Shown here in pieces: positions 44,002 through 54,800 of a stretch of DNA of 63,841 nucleotides. A program made the translations under genes and the position numbers. Source of the stretch: a virus (taxonomy: Duplodnaviria; Caudoviricetes); the IMG/VR virus record IMGVR_UViG_3300032088_000004, positions 1 through 63,841 of that record; one strand, written 5' to 3'. Under the pieces are notes generated by a model. That model searched no databases, was not told the origin of the DNA, and worked only from the letters and a program-made list of their open reading frames with translations. The number at the start of each line of letters is the position of its first letter. The first letter of the stretch is position 1.

Positions 44002-44628
44002 TCACGGCTTAATTGTGCCCTGGGTGTTGGAGTTTCCGTACCCATACGGAAAACCTTGTGCCAGGAAATTACCGTTCTGGTCAAACCCGAGTGGAACCTC
44101 GTGCAATGGTTGAAAATTTATACTTAAACTGTATATGATTGGTATCAGTTTGTTGTTTTTAGTTATAAAGTGTCCCTTATCTCTAAAATCCGGATTGAAA
44201 CTCATTCCACTCAAAGCACCAAGAAGGCCTGCGCCGGTGGGAGAGCTAATATAGTTTGCATACTTTATTCTCCACAAAGGTGGAGCTTTAATTGTTCGTG
44301 CGTTATTACTGTTTCCTATGGGAGAACTGTACACTGGGTAGCACATTTGTATTAGTTTACCATACTTTCGAAAATTGTCAATAGCTTGCTCTTCGTTTAC
44401 TCCAACTATATCGAAGGCAGCCTGAATCGTTCTGGACGTGGATTGGTAGTGTTTAACTGGATCGTTTCTTCCGAACGTTGTTTCTCCTCCGAACCCAATC
44501 GTGAAGTTGTCGTTAAAATTCGTTATAAACGCTGGAAAACTAATCGTTTCACCCGTTGCTATAGAGCTGAACTTTATCTCTCCAATTTCAGAATTTCTTT
44601 TTGCTATTTCATGAAAGTAATCGCTCAT
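44002..44628 (-). CDS. Putative tail tube initiator/baseplate protein
   Basis: FPAFIT.F.D, GRNDPV..Y..TSRTI, APPL; follows the tape measure gene. Confidence 0.65.
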   Translation of the reverse strand: MSDYFHEIAKRNSEIGEIKFSSIATGETISFPAFITNFNDNFTIGFGGETTFGRNDPVKHYQSTSRTIQAAFDIVGVNEEQAIDNFRKYGKLIQMCYPVYSSPIGNSNNARTIKAPPLWRIKYANYISSPTGAGLLGALSGMSFNPDFRDKGHFITKNNKLIPIIYSLSINFQPLHEVPLGFDQNGNFLAQGFPYGYGNSNTQGTIKP

Positions 44629-44647
44629 ATATTTTCTCCTTGGTTTA

Positions 44648-46630
44648 TCATGACGTCAGACCTTCCCCTTTGAGTCCGGCGTTCACTATCATATCCGGTT
44701 GGCCCGGGCCTAAGTTGATTATAAATTTCATGTTGTTAAAGGCGGACACGATCGCGCTTTCAAGTACTGAGGTGATATCGTCGGGTGATTGAGTCTTAGA
44801 CCCATCAACAGAAGCACTTTCGTCTTTTTTTGCTTCTTCCTTTCTCATTTTGCGTTGGAGCCGGGTTTTAACTGCAGCCTCAGTTTGTTTCCCTATTTTT
44901 TGCACGGGTTTGGATGGTGTATCACCTTCAGACAACGGTCCTTCAAGTTCACCTCTTCGGGCGATCTCAAGCGCTTGGCGTTTCAAGCCCGCAATATTGG
45001 GGGTGAGGTCAATAAATTTCTGTTCCTTGAATGTAACTTCATCATCCTGCTCGGAAGCCGGAACAAACTTGGTGTCGCCCCTAGTCATTTGCTGCAGCTG
45101 TTTGAATGCATCCTTTTCCTGCTTCGTGGTCATGGTTTTAGCGCCAGACAATCTGAGGACTTTTTGTAGCTGTTCTTGGAACTGCGTTTTGTCATCGCCT
45201 TCGTCCATGGTTTGAATCTTTTTAACCAAATCGCCTACTTGAGAAAAGCGAAAACGGGAGCGCCTGAAGGAGTCGGCATCGAGGTCCTTTATGTTTTTGA
45301 TTCCCAGGCTTTCTTCTATGTCGGTATCGGTGCCAAATCGAGCTAAACCTTGAAGCGCCATGCTCTGCAGTGTGTCTTCCGCGATTAAGCCCCCCCTGGT
45401 TTTCGGCATCATCTTCGCCCTATCCTCTACGAAGGCCCGATCGAATGGATTCAGGGACACATTCTTTATTACAGTGGCCAATCTTTCTAAACTATTTTCT
45501 AAAGCTTTAGAGTCTCCTTTTCCAAAAAACTGTTTAGCGGCCGCGGCCTTGTCACCATCTTTTGTCTCGCCACCAGTGACTCTGCCTCCTGAAGCCTTCT
45601 TGGCCATAAGCGTTTTCAAGGAACCGTCGTTTTCTTTTCCTAGTATGTACTTTCTTGTATCTTCCTTACTGAAACCTGTAAGCTTTGAAATGGTATTCAA
45701 AGCAAACTTGCCTAGCTTTCCGCCGCTTTCTATTTCGTTGTAGATTGGAGATTCTTGCAAGACTTCTCTTATCTTTACCATTCTCTCTGCTTCGTCCATC
45801 ATGAGAATTTGATTTGGGCTGAAGACATTTCGCCCTAATATAGCATTAAGTTGTCCAGTGAATTGTGCTGCTCCGCCGATAGTATCTAGCTTTTCACCCA
45901 TACCACCCATGAACGTGCCGATAGAGACGCCAGTTTGTTGACTGAGTCTTTGCATTTTTTTGAACTGCTCCGCTACCTTAGGAGCTTCATATGACAATGA
46001 TTTGGCGACCAATTGGAAGTTTTGTGATACAACCGATGGCATCATCTTCATCTGTTCAGCGAAATCGAACAGCCCTTGGTTTAGGCTTTTTACTTTATCC
46101 GACGAAAGGTTGAACATGTTCATGGCCAAGTCCATGTTCTTGGTATATTCTCCGAAGCCTAGACCCAGACGATCAAGGGCCGCGGCTTGGTTTGCAAAAT
46201 CTTCTGCTAGCTCTTGGCCGCCTTTCATGTTTTCAGTCATGACACCGAATTGAGCGAATTTCTGGGTCAACTCTTCGACCGCTTTGGCTCCCATGCCCGC
46301 ATTGCCCGTCATTCTGTCAAAAGTGCTTGCGACAGATTCTAGTGCAGCGTTTGTTTTTCCTCCTGGGGCGAAGGTGAGGCCAGTTGCGTTTAACCTCTTG
46401 AGGGTTTCGTCTATGACTTTCAGCCTTTTGTCGTCAATATTACCCAACATGGTCAGACCAGGGGCGTCGACCTCGTAAGTTGATTTCGACTCTTGAAGTT
46501 GCTCCTCTAGCTGCTTAACTCTCGCAATGAGCTTCTGGGCGGCTGCTGGTGTTAGCGCTCCTTTGGCAGCTTCTCCGGCTTTGGAGACTATACCTGGTCT
46601 TTTGGGGTCGTCGTGTTTTGACATTGTCAA
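44648..46630 (-). CDS. Putative tape measure protein
   Basis: 660-aa helical A/G/M/K-rich protein downstream of tube and chaperone genes. Confidence 0.7.
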   Translation of the reverse strand: MTMSKHDDPKRPGIVSKAGEAAKGALTPAAAQKLIARVKQLEEQLQESKSTYEVDAPGLTMLGNIDDKRLKVIDETLKRLNATGLTFAPGGKTNAALESVASTFDRMTGNAGMGAKAVEELTQKFAQFGVMTENMKGGQELAEDFANQAAALDRLGLGFGEYTKNMDLAMNMFNLSSDKVKSLNQGLFDFAEQMKMMPSVVSQNFQLVAKSLSYEAPKVAEQFKKMQRLSQQTGVSIGTFMGGMGEKLDTIGGAAQFTGQLNAILGRNVFSPNQILMMDEAERMVKIREVLQESPIYNEIESGGKLGKFALNTISKLTGFSKEDTRKYILGKENDGSLKTLMAKKASGGRVTGGETKDGDKAAAAKQFFGKGDSKALENSLERLATVIKNVSLNPFDRAFVEDRAKMMPKTRGGLIAEDTLQSMALQGLARFGTDTDIEESLGIKNIKDLDADSFRRSRFRFSQVGDLVKKIQTMDEGDDKTQFQEQLQKVLRLSGAKTMTTKQEKDAFKQLQQMTRGDTKFVPASEQDDEVTFKEQKFIDLTPNIAGLKRQALEIARRGELEGPLSEGDTPSKPVQKIGKQTEAAVKTRLQRKMRKEEAKKDESASVDGSKTQSPDDITSVLESAIVSAFNNMKFIINLGPGQPDMIVNAGLKGEGLTS

Positions 46631-46692
46631 TCTCCGTTAAACGTTAGCAGCAGTATTGATACTACAGTATAATTAGCACGCTTCAACGATTA

Positions 46693-46861
46693 TTACTCTT
46701 GCTCAGTTGAGATGTCTTCTAGGTTTCTACTGACAAACCACTTTCTGAGTCCGATTGGTAGGTTGTACGCTTCAGTGAACGAAAAGTTTCCTTCTTTCAA
46801 TAAAAAGAAAATTTCCTCGTATACGACGTTCTTGATGTAGTTAGATGTCGGTACGAAAAAA
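46693..46861 (-). CDS. Tail assembly chaperone C-terminal extension, probably made by frameshift
   Basis: YEEIFFLLKEGNFSFTEAYNLPIGLRKWF; no convincing start; overlaps the upstream gene at TTTTTTC. Confidence 0.65.
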
Positions 46862-47731
46862 GGCCCAAGAGATAGGCGCCTCTCTTTCAGTCTTGGTTTT
46901 ACAGACCTCACACGACACCTCTTGTATTGTACTCAGCGTCGGCCGACAAGCGCTATAGAATCTAAGTATCTGCTTTGCATCAGAGGCAGGAAGAACATCA
47001 ATCAATTGTTTGATAAGCTTTCTGTCAGTGATATCGTTAGCTGATACTATTGTTTTATCTAAAAACGCTAGTGTATAGTTGAATGGAAGGTTATACTTTT
47101 CTTTTTGTTTCTTATCTTCTTCCAGTTCTTTTTCATACTCAGGTGTGAGGTTTATTAGTTCAACCTCAACATCTGAAATCTTTAATATATGTCTAAATGT
47201 GTTTGTTTCCGGTGTATAAACTATCTCTGTTTCGTCTATCTTGGTTTTTGAAACTTTTGACAAATCAAAAACGTGTTTTGTCCTTTCGTTGCAACCTGTG
47301 CACATCACTACGGATTCGTACACGTTGCCATAGCCGGTCGTCCTAGCCTTCAAAAGGATAGCCATTTTGTCTTCTTCTAGGAACATGTCCGCACTTAAAT
47401 TATCATCCAAGAGGAGACTATCAATCAGCTTTTCAAAAGCACTAGAATCAGATTCGGTCACAGAGGACAGAATGTCTTCCTCTTTCGCGGTCATGTGCTT
47501 TATCTCTACCCTCTCCACTGCAGAAAGTGGACTGGTCAGCGGATAGTAGTTTCCCGAGGAAGGCAGGTCAACAAATTCAGTTGGAACAACAAAAGATAAT
47601 CCAAAAGGGTTATCTGGTTGTTTTGGCGCCTGAGGCTTGGGTACCTCAGGCTCCTTTTGTTCTTCTTGTTTGGGGGACTCTTTATACTCAGAGTTGGTTT
47701 GTGGTTTTAACTTTCTAGAATTTCTAGTCAT
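46841..47731 (-). CDS. Tail assembly chaperone / baseplate hub assembly protein (gp26-like)
   Basis: VDLPSSG..YP, IKHMTAKEEDIL, ARTTGYG, two CxxC. Confidence 0.8.
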   Translation of the reverse strand: MTRNSRKLKPQTNSEYKESPKQEEQKEPEVPKPQAPKQPDNPFGLSFVVPTEFVDLPSSGNYYPLTSPLSAVERVEIKHMTAKEEDILSSVTESDSSAFEKLIDSLLLDDNLSADMFLEEDKMAILLKARTTGYGNVYESVVMCTGCNERTKHVFDLSKVSKTKIDETEIVYTPETNTFRHILKISDVEVELINLTPEYEKELEEDKKQKEKYNLPFNYTLAFLDKTIVSANDITDRKLIKQLIDVLPASDAKQILRFYSACRPTLSTIQEVSCEVCKTKTEREAPISWAFFRTDI

Positions 47732-47787
47732 TATTACTCGCTTTCTTTTTTATATATTGTAACAGGCAATGGTTAATACTTTAAGAC

Positions 47788-48387
47788 TTAATTGTTGTCG
47801 GTATTACCTGGTGTGGGGTTTACACTGGGTGTCCAAACTCCGCCCTTCTTAACGGTGATTTCTGCAGGGTTTAGTTCCGCCCAGTCGTACTTTATTCCAA
47901 CTTGAATGTTAATGCCGTCATCTGAGGTGTAGTCCAAGCTGTCAAAGTTAACTGAAGTTATTTGTGGGTTATTGATTCTCCACGATTCAATAATTTCGTT
48001 TGAACCTTCAGCTGATATCTGGTCTATTCTTATAAAGTTGCCCAAACTCTCAACCATGGCCTTTTTGGATATAGTTCTTTTACCTGCGTCGTCGTCTAGA
48101 ACCTCTGTTGGCAAAACATAACCTGCAGACTTTATGATTGAATACAAGGAGTCGGTGGCGTCTGGGTTGACTGGGTCGACCAAGGTGACACTAATGTCCT
48201 GCCATGTAACTCTACCAGGAAAATGAAACTGATGCTGCAAAAAGTTATGTGCAGATGAGCCTACCTGAAAAGAAGGCTTCGTTACTGATTTGATTATAAA
48301 CTGTGGTGCTCCTGCAAAGTACAAGAGCCATCTAAACTTTCTTTTTGGCTCGATGTTTGGTTGTGTCCAAAAGTTATTTCCTGACAT
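47788..48387 (-). CDS. Tail tube protein (gp19-like)
   Basis: EPKRKFRW, KP.F, GRVTWQDISVTLVDP, LDY, IKYDWA; follows the sheath gene. Confidence 0.88.
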   Translation of the reverse strand: MSGNNFWTQPNIEPKRKFRWLLYFAGAPQFIIKSVTKPSFQVGSSAHNFLQHQFHFPGRVTWQDISVTLVDPVNPDATDSLYSIIKSAGYVLPTEVLDDDAGKRTISKKAMVESLGNFIRIDQISAEGSNEIIESWRINNPQITSVNFDSLDYTSDDGINIQVGIKYDWAELNPAEITVKKGGVWTPSVNPTPGNTDNN

Positions 48388-48431
48388 ATTATAGGTCTCC
48401 TAATAGTATATAGTTACGTCGCATCTTTTTT

Positions 48432-51400
48432 TTAGTCATCAAAAGAGGCGCCGGTGTTTGTTATTACAAAGTCAACTGCAATGAATTCTATGGAGCGCGC
48501 TGGCTTCAAGAAAATCTTTGCGTACATCACATTTCTGTCTACTAAATCCGGGGTGGTTGTAGTGTCATCCAAGACAACCTTGAAATCAGAAAGGCCAAAT
48601 CGGGTCTTTATGCTTTGAAGTTCCGGTACGACAGCGTTGATGAATCTGTTCCAAGTTTCCTGTACGTTCTGCTCGAAGAGAAGATTGTTCGATATTCTAG
48701 AGACAACCTTTTTGATGAAGATTAACAACCTTCTAACGTTGATTCTGTCTAGGGCCGACTGAGTCGACTGGAGCGTCTTCTGTCCGAACACAACCAATCC
48801 TTCCGATACGAAAGATGCGATTGGGTTAATGTTTGCCTCATATAGAGTGTCTCTATCTCTCGATAGAAGCTGCTCAGATACCTGAAGTACAGGAATTCCT
48901 GCATTTCCTTGATTGAGGCCGCCTCGATTGAATCCGGCTGGTGCGAACCAGACTTCATCTCTCTTTTCGGTGTAAGCCATGACGCCGAGAGCAACAACTG
49001 AAGGTGGTACCCACACATCCCTTGAGTTCTGATCATCTCTAATCTTGCACCAAGGATAGTAAGCAGCACCGTAAGAAGAATTCAATTGTCTCTTCACGAG
49101 AGCAGCTGAAGCCTTCTCTGGTGTTGTCTGTATTCTCTTGTCGAAACTATCACATGCATCTTCCGAAGGAGGAACATAAACACTTGGCAAGTCTATGATG
49201 GCCAGTGAGTCTCCTCTCGCTTCACACGCTCTAACTAACTTAGTAGTAAGCGAAGTGTTTGTGATACCTGGCAATAGGGCTAGGTTGTGCTCAATTGCTT
49301 CAGCATCCTTGACCAATTCAATTGCTCGGTCGACTGACGCGTATGCATAAGAGTTAGCGGTTGTTTTTCCATTTAACGTGTTGTTGTTAAATGGGTTAGC
49401 TTCAGTTATATCTGTTCCGTCGAAGCCGCCAGCTAGAGGGACATGGAATCCCTTTACAATTTCTGTCAATGGTCGAAGCGCGGACGCTTTACCAGAGGCT
49501 GCTGCGAGGACACCGGAAAAACTAGCAGGGCTTACCCCTCCAGTGAACTTGGCTGGCACAGTGGCGTTAGCAGTACCTCGCAAGGTGCCACTAATGTCTT
49601 TGTCACCGGTGGTACCGGTGGTACCTTGGGTCAAAGTCACAACGCCGCCGTCGACGGATACCAGAATCTTTCCGGCGTGCCCATTCGTATGTTCGATCGC
49701 CAACTTGAGACCTGCAGCTGCAAGTGTTCCGTTTGTTCTGTTGAAAGTAAGGTCGCCGGAGGCCTGACTATTGCCTCCGGCAGCGCGATAAGAAACCGAA
49801 GTTCCGTCTGCAGACAATAATACCAATGTCGCGTTGTCAGTTAACTGTCCCGAAAGCGTGATTACTGCAGTCGAGAAGGTACCGTTCTTGGAACCCGACT
49901 CATATCGAGCGACCGATACTTCAGAAGCTCTTGTTATACTGGCTGTGGCTATATTGTTAACAGGGGATGGCACTAGGACAACTTCGTCCATTGAGAAGCT
50001 GAATGCATGCTCTGTGATGTTCGCTGTTGCCGTGCCGTCATCCTGGTCCGTAGTTAATTTGGCTACATCGAGGTCTGCCAATCTACGAGTGTGGTCTGAA
50101 TAGCCCGGGTTTATTTCTTCCGACACTTGTGCAGCGTTGCCCGAGACATAAGTTCTCTTGTAAGGCGTGGCTCCCATGTAATACCCAGAATCAGAAGACC
50201 CTGTTATGACCAGCGGAAACTCTCCCCATGAAGCGGTAAGACCGAGAACAGTATTCAACGCGACATTACTGTCTATCCAGTGGCCAGCCGTAGCCTTAGC
50301 GAAATCTATAACGCTAGCGTTTGCATCATCCGTGAGAGTCTTTGGAACTATTGGACCCAAGAAGCCGAAAGGAACGGTTTCTTTGTTGGATGGTCCTTGT
50401 CCTGCGTCGAATATCCTGTCCATGTCCACTCGTACAAGTTCAGAAATATTTGGGTGCGTTCCGTACAGCTTGTTTCTTTTTTCAGTTGCGGACCACTCAA
50501 AGTACTGATCACCAATCATCTTTGCGACGTAGTTATCAGAACTAGGATTTAAGTTGCAATTATCGAATCTTTCAATCTCTTCCAAACGAGTGCTGGTTAT
50601 TCTCTTCACTACAACACTGAAGGTGCCATAGAGTCTATCTCCCTGCTCACCTTCACGTGGAATAGTTATATCCTCTATTGCGGTGATTAAGTTTGAGTTA
50701 GCCTCTGCACCTTCTTGGATTGCAATCAATCTAAAAAGCTTTTGCTGAGAAGCCACACTGAACGTGGAATTGTCCATCGCTGTATCGTTCCCGACAATCC
50801 ATCCAGTTCTAGCTGCATTTAAAGAATGCTTTGCAGAACGGAACACTGCCATCTCGTCATCTAATTTGAGTACTACTGCGGCGCGTTTGTTGGAGTCGGT
50901 TATTGAAGATTCAAACTTTCTGATTGATTCTTCAAATGTTTCTCCGAGCCAGTATTCATCAGCAAGAGTTTCAGACGCTGGTGTCATTATTCTTGAATTT
51001 GTAGCCACTGGGTTTGTATTGAAATCTTTTCTTATCTCTTCTGCTAAAAACTTTACTTCTTTTGTTCTACTGCTTGAACCAGACAGCATCAAACTTAGCC
51101 GATTTGACGTTGAACTAAATAAAACAGGAGTTCCTGGATCAGCTGTGTGAGTGGTTGAACCTGAAAGTGACTGGCCTTTCAGTTTTATCTGGAAATCAGC
51201 CGAGGTACCATAAAAGACACCCGCCAGCTCAAGCTTTGGAGAAGACGCTGCCATCGTCGCAGCAGAGCTTGATGCGAACATGAACAGTCCCCATGCGTTT
51301 GTGGCTTTCCAACCTGGCTCACCTGCAGAGTCTGCAACTGAATCTTCACCGGGGACGCCGGCGAGACGCACGACTGTCACTGGAGAGTCTATTCCTGCTG

Positions 51401-51677
51401 ATAAGTAAGCTTTCGCTGCATACGGCAAATAAGATTCTGCCAAGAGATCAGTACCCTGTCTCCAGGGGTCATCCCCTTCATTCCCGGGCATTGGTTTACC
51501 AAATACTCTCTCGAATTCTTCTAATGATTTTACTTTATAAGGTTTCATCGCTGGGCCTTTTCTGGTGCGACCTATAATGACCGGACCGATACCCGGTGCC
51601 TGGCCAGGAAGTTGGGAATTATCTATCTCTTTAAGAAAGACTCCTGGTGAAACAAATCTAAATTTTCTAGATGCCAT
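48432..51677 (-). CDS. Contractile tail sheath protein (gp18-like) with large insertions
   Basis: SPGVFLKEID, YGAAYYPW, VWFAPAGFNRG, INPI, GQKTL, DRINVRRLL, KPARSIEFI. Confidence 0.96.
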   Translation of the reverse strand: MASRKFRFVSPGVFLKEIDNSQLPGQAPGIGPVIIGRTRKGPAMKPYKVKSLEEFERVFGKPMPGNEGDDPWRQGTDLLAESYLPYAAKAYLSAGIDSPVTVVRLAGVPGEDSVADSAGEPGWKATNAWGLFMFASSSAATMAASSPKLELAGVFYGTSADFQIKLKGQSLSGSTTHTADPGTPVLFSSTSNRLSLMLSGSSSRTKEVKFLAEEIRKDFNTNPVATNSRIMTPASETLADEYWLGETFEESIRKFESSITDSNKRAAVVLKLDDEMAVFRSAKHSLNAARTGWIVGNDTAMDNSTFSVASQQKLFRLIAIQEGAEANSNLITAIEDITIPREGEQGDRLYGTFSVVVKRITSTRLEEIERFDNCNLNPSSDNYVAKMIGDQYFEWSATEKRNKLYGTHPNISELVRVDMDRIFDAGQGPSNKETVPFGFLGPIVPKTLTDDANASVIDFAKATAGHWIDSNVALNTVLGLTASWGEFPLVITGSSDSGYYMGATPYKRTYVSGNAAQVSEEINPGYSDHTRRLADLDVAKLTTDQDDGTATANITEHAFSFSMDEVVLVPSPVNNIATASITRASEVSVARYESGSKNGTFSTAVITLSGQLTDNATLVLLSADGTSVSYRAAGGNSQASGDLTFNRTNGTLAAAGLKLAIEHTNGHAGKILVSVDGGVVTLTQGTTGTTGDKDISGTLRGTANATVPAKFTGGVSPASFSGVLAAASGKASALRPLTEIVKGFHVPLAGGFDGTDITEANPFNNNTLNGKTTANSYAYASVDRAIELVKDAEAIEHNLALLPGITNTSLTTKLVRACEARGDSLAIIDLPSVYVPPSEDACDSFDKRIQTTPEKASAALVKRQLNSSYGAAYYPWCKIRDDQNSRDVWVPPSVVALGVMAYTEKRDEVWFAPAGFNRGGLNQGNAGIPVLQVSEQLLSRDRDTLYEANINPIASFVSEGLVVFGQKTLQSTQSALDRINVRRLLIFIKKVVSRISNNLLFEQNVQETWNRFINAVVPELQSIKTRFGLSDFKVVLDDTTTTPDLVDRNVMYAKIFLKPARSIEFIAVDFVITNTGASFDD

Positions 51678-51764
51678 ATTATCTTCTCCTTTTTGAGGGG
51701 GACATACAAATGTTATTTTACTTAATAAATAGTTTTTGTATGTTCTAACGGAAAGAAGAAAAAG

Positions 51765-51788
51765 AAAAGCCCGCCAAAAAGGCGGGCT
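51765..51788 (-). terminator. Rho-independent terminator
   Basis: AGCCCGCC/GGCGGGCT hairpin followed by a U-tract on the minus strand. Confidence 0.8.
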
Positions 51789-51821
51789 GAGGTAGGAAAT
51801 TCAAGAACTAGGTGGGCTATA

Positions 51822-54800
51822 TTACTTCTTGATATACTGGATTATGATTGCATCGTCATCTTCTGGCTCTTCTGCAAACTTGACTAATTTGTTTGCGGTT
51901 GAACCCGAAGTCAGAAGCTCATAGTCGAAAGTACCAGCGATGGAGCCTGACTTGACCTGCAACATGCCATTCAAATAAACTTGAAGTGACCCAACTACGA
52001 TTTCTTCGTCGAGTGGGGCGTACAGTCCGCTGTAAGACGAACCAACTCGTTGCAAGTTGGTGGGACCAGAACTACTAGCATACAAACCAGCAGAACCAGT
52101 AGAGCCCGAGAAATGCTGAAGTTGGTAACTGATTGAGATTGCGGCAGTTGAGTCGTTAACTTGTAACCCGTCGCCTGCGCCTAACAAATCAGCAATGTTT
52201 TGCATTGTCGCCTTCTTCATCAAGTGGTTAGTACCACTGTCACTAGCATCCGCGAAGAGGACACCGTCTGCAGCTGCCAGAGCTATATCAGAGCCTTCGC
52301 TAGCATCAAGTAAATTGAGTTCCGACGCGTTTGCGGTAACCGCGGTTCCGCCAATTCTCAACTTGCCATGATTGATATCAAGGAAGCTCGAACCGGATAC
52401 AATGCCGCCGGCGGTCAAAGTACCATCTAAATCAATGTGAGACATTGAGAACTGGCCTGAACCAGAAACAGTTGTTGCTCCCGCAATTGCACCTGCGGTT
52501 GTGACACCGGCAGAAAAGACTGCGCCAGCCTGGAAAGTTGGTACGCCTTCGACATTCAAAGTACCATCAATATCAGTGTTACCACTCGAATCAACAGTAA
52601 ACTCTGTATTTGTTATAGAGCCAACCGTTAGGTCACCAGAAGCGTCGATGGTCGTAGCGCCAGAAATGGCGCCACCGGCGTTGATACCAACAGCAACAAC
52701 GGCACCTCCACTGCTTACAGTGAAGTTTTCGTTTGCAGCACTAATTCCAACTGCCAAAGATAATTGACCAGAGCCAGAAATAGTAGTTGCACCAGCGATT
52801 GCGCCGGCATCTGTAATACCTCCAGAGTTGACATCAAGTGTCTTGACAGAAGTGTCGCCGTCAGCGTCGACAGAGAAGCCAGTCATTGTGATTGTACCCA
52901 TGGTAAGGTCACCGTTGCCATCAATACTTGTTGCACCAGCAATCGAACCACAGCCAGTAATGCCTTGGCTGCCCATAACCAGAGCTTCTGCTTGCGTACC
53001 AAGAGAAGTTAAGCTTGAGTTAACTACAGAACTCCCGAGAGTTGTTGCACTAAGGACAGAAGCGTTGTTAATTGCGTAGTCACCACCAGTCTGGATGTCG
53101 AAACCAGCAGTTGAACCACTAGCCTTCAAGCGCCCACCGTCGGCCGCGGCGACCAAAGAGATGTCCGCTCCGAGTGTAGATCCAGAAATATACAGACCAG
53201 CGCCTGCATTGGATGCTCTAGAGCCGCTATTGCCGCGGGCGATCTCAATCAAACTATCTTCCACTAGAAGATTTGTGGTTTCAACCGTTGTCGTGGCGCC
53301 GTTTATGGTAAGGTCACCAGTTACGGTAAGGTTACCGCCGACAGTTGCATTGTGTGTTACGGCCAGGCCTGTGCCAGATGCTTCGGCTGAGACTGCGCCA
53401 CCTGCGCCAACTGAGAAGTTGGTCATTGTGATTGTGCCCATGGTAAGATCACCTGAGCCATCAATACTTGTTGCAGAAGATATTGCGCCTCCGGCGACGA
53501 TGCCACCACCAGAAGTGATAGAACCCGTCGTCGCTAGAGTTGCTCCAAGAGTGACAGCGCCATTATTATGAAGCGTTGATGAGCCAGAAATTGCGCCAGC
53601 AGTACTGACTGTCAAGGCGTCATTGACGTTGACGCCACCATCGAGGGACGCAAGTCCACTAAGCGTTCCAGCAACACCAACAACATTACCATCCGTATCA
53701 ACAGTGAAGTCATCATTGACGTTGACGCCGCCATCTAGATCAGAGACACCAACTACAGTGACCTTACCACCAGCGTTGAGAGTTCCGTCGAGATCGATGT
53801 GGGACATCGAAAATTGACCAGAACCTGAAATGGTTGTTGCGCCGGCGATCGCATTAGCGGTTGTGACACCACCGGAGAAGACTGCGCCAGCCTGGAAAGT
53901 TGGTACTCCTTCGACATTCAAAGTACCATCAATATCAGTGTTACCACTTGCATCAACAGTAAACTCTGTATTTGTTATAGAGCCAACCGTTAGGTCGCCT
54001 GATGCATCAATGGTTGTGGCGCCAGCAATTGCACCAGCGGCGGTGATGCCACCAGACTGGAGCGCAAGGGATGTACCCGCTAGCGCGTCGAAAGTACCTG
54101 CAGCACCAGAAACGATGCCTTCTATTGTAGCGTTACTAGAGGCCGCAATGGTTGTTATGCCAGAAACTGCGCCGGCAAATACAGCGTCGTCTACGTAAAG
54201 AGTTTTCCATGCGTTTCTTACCGTCTCGGATCCGTTAATCGCAGAGCTTGCAAAAGAACTATCCGAAGTAAAAGAAGAACCATCACTCAAATCATCTCTC
54301 GGGTCAGCAACGAAGCCCCATGCGTTACCAGAACTAACAGCTGCCTCCAGTTCAAAGACAAAGTTGTTTGCAGGCGAGCTTCCGTCAGTGTAAGAAAACA
54401 GGGAACCCTTACTCGCAGAAACGCCAGACAAGCCGCCGCTTCCTGATATCGAACTGTATTGTTTAATATCGCTGATTGATGAAACTGAGGTAGAGTGGCC
54501 ACTGATGTTGCTAAGAGCATGAATCTTCATGGTAGTGCTACTAGAACCACCTGTGTAATCCTCGACCACAACAAAGAAAAACTTGTTTCCGCCGCTGTCC
54601 TCAAGTGACATAACAGTACCAGCGGATACAGAAGCACCACTATTGCCACTGAAGGGTAGTGTACCTGACCTATCAGAACTGAAGCCGCTGAGACTTACAG
54701 ACTGCAAGGTACTTGTTGTAATCCCGGAAGGTGCTGACGCTCCAGAGCCGGCTGACAGGCTTGAGCCGAAAAGAATTGCCTGGCTCTGAGAGTCAGACAT

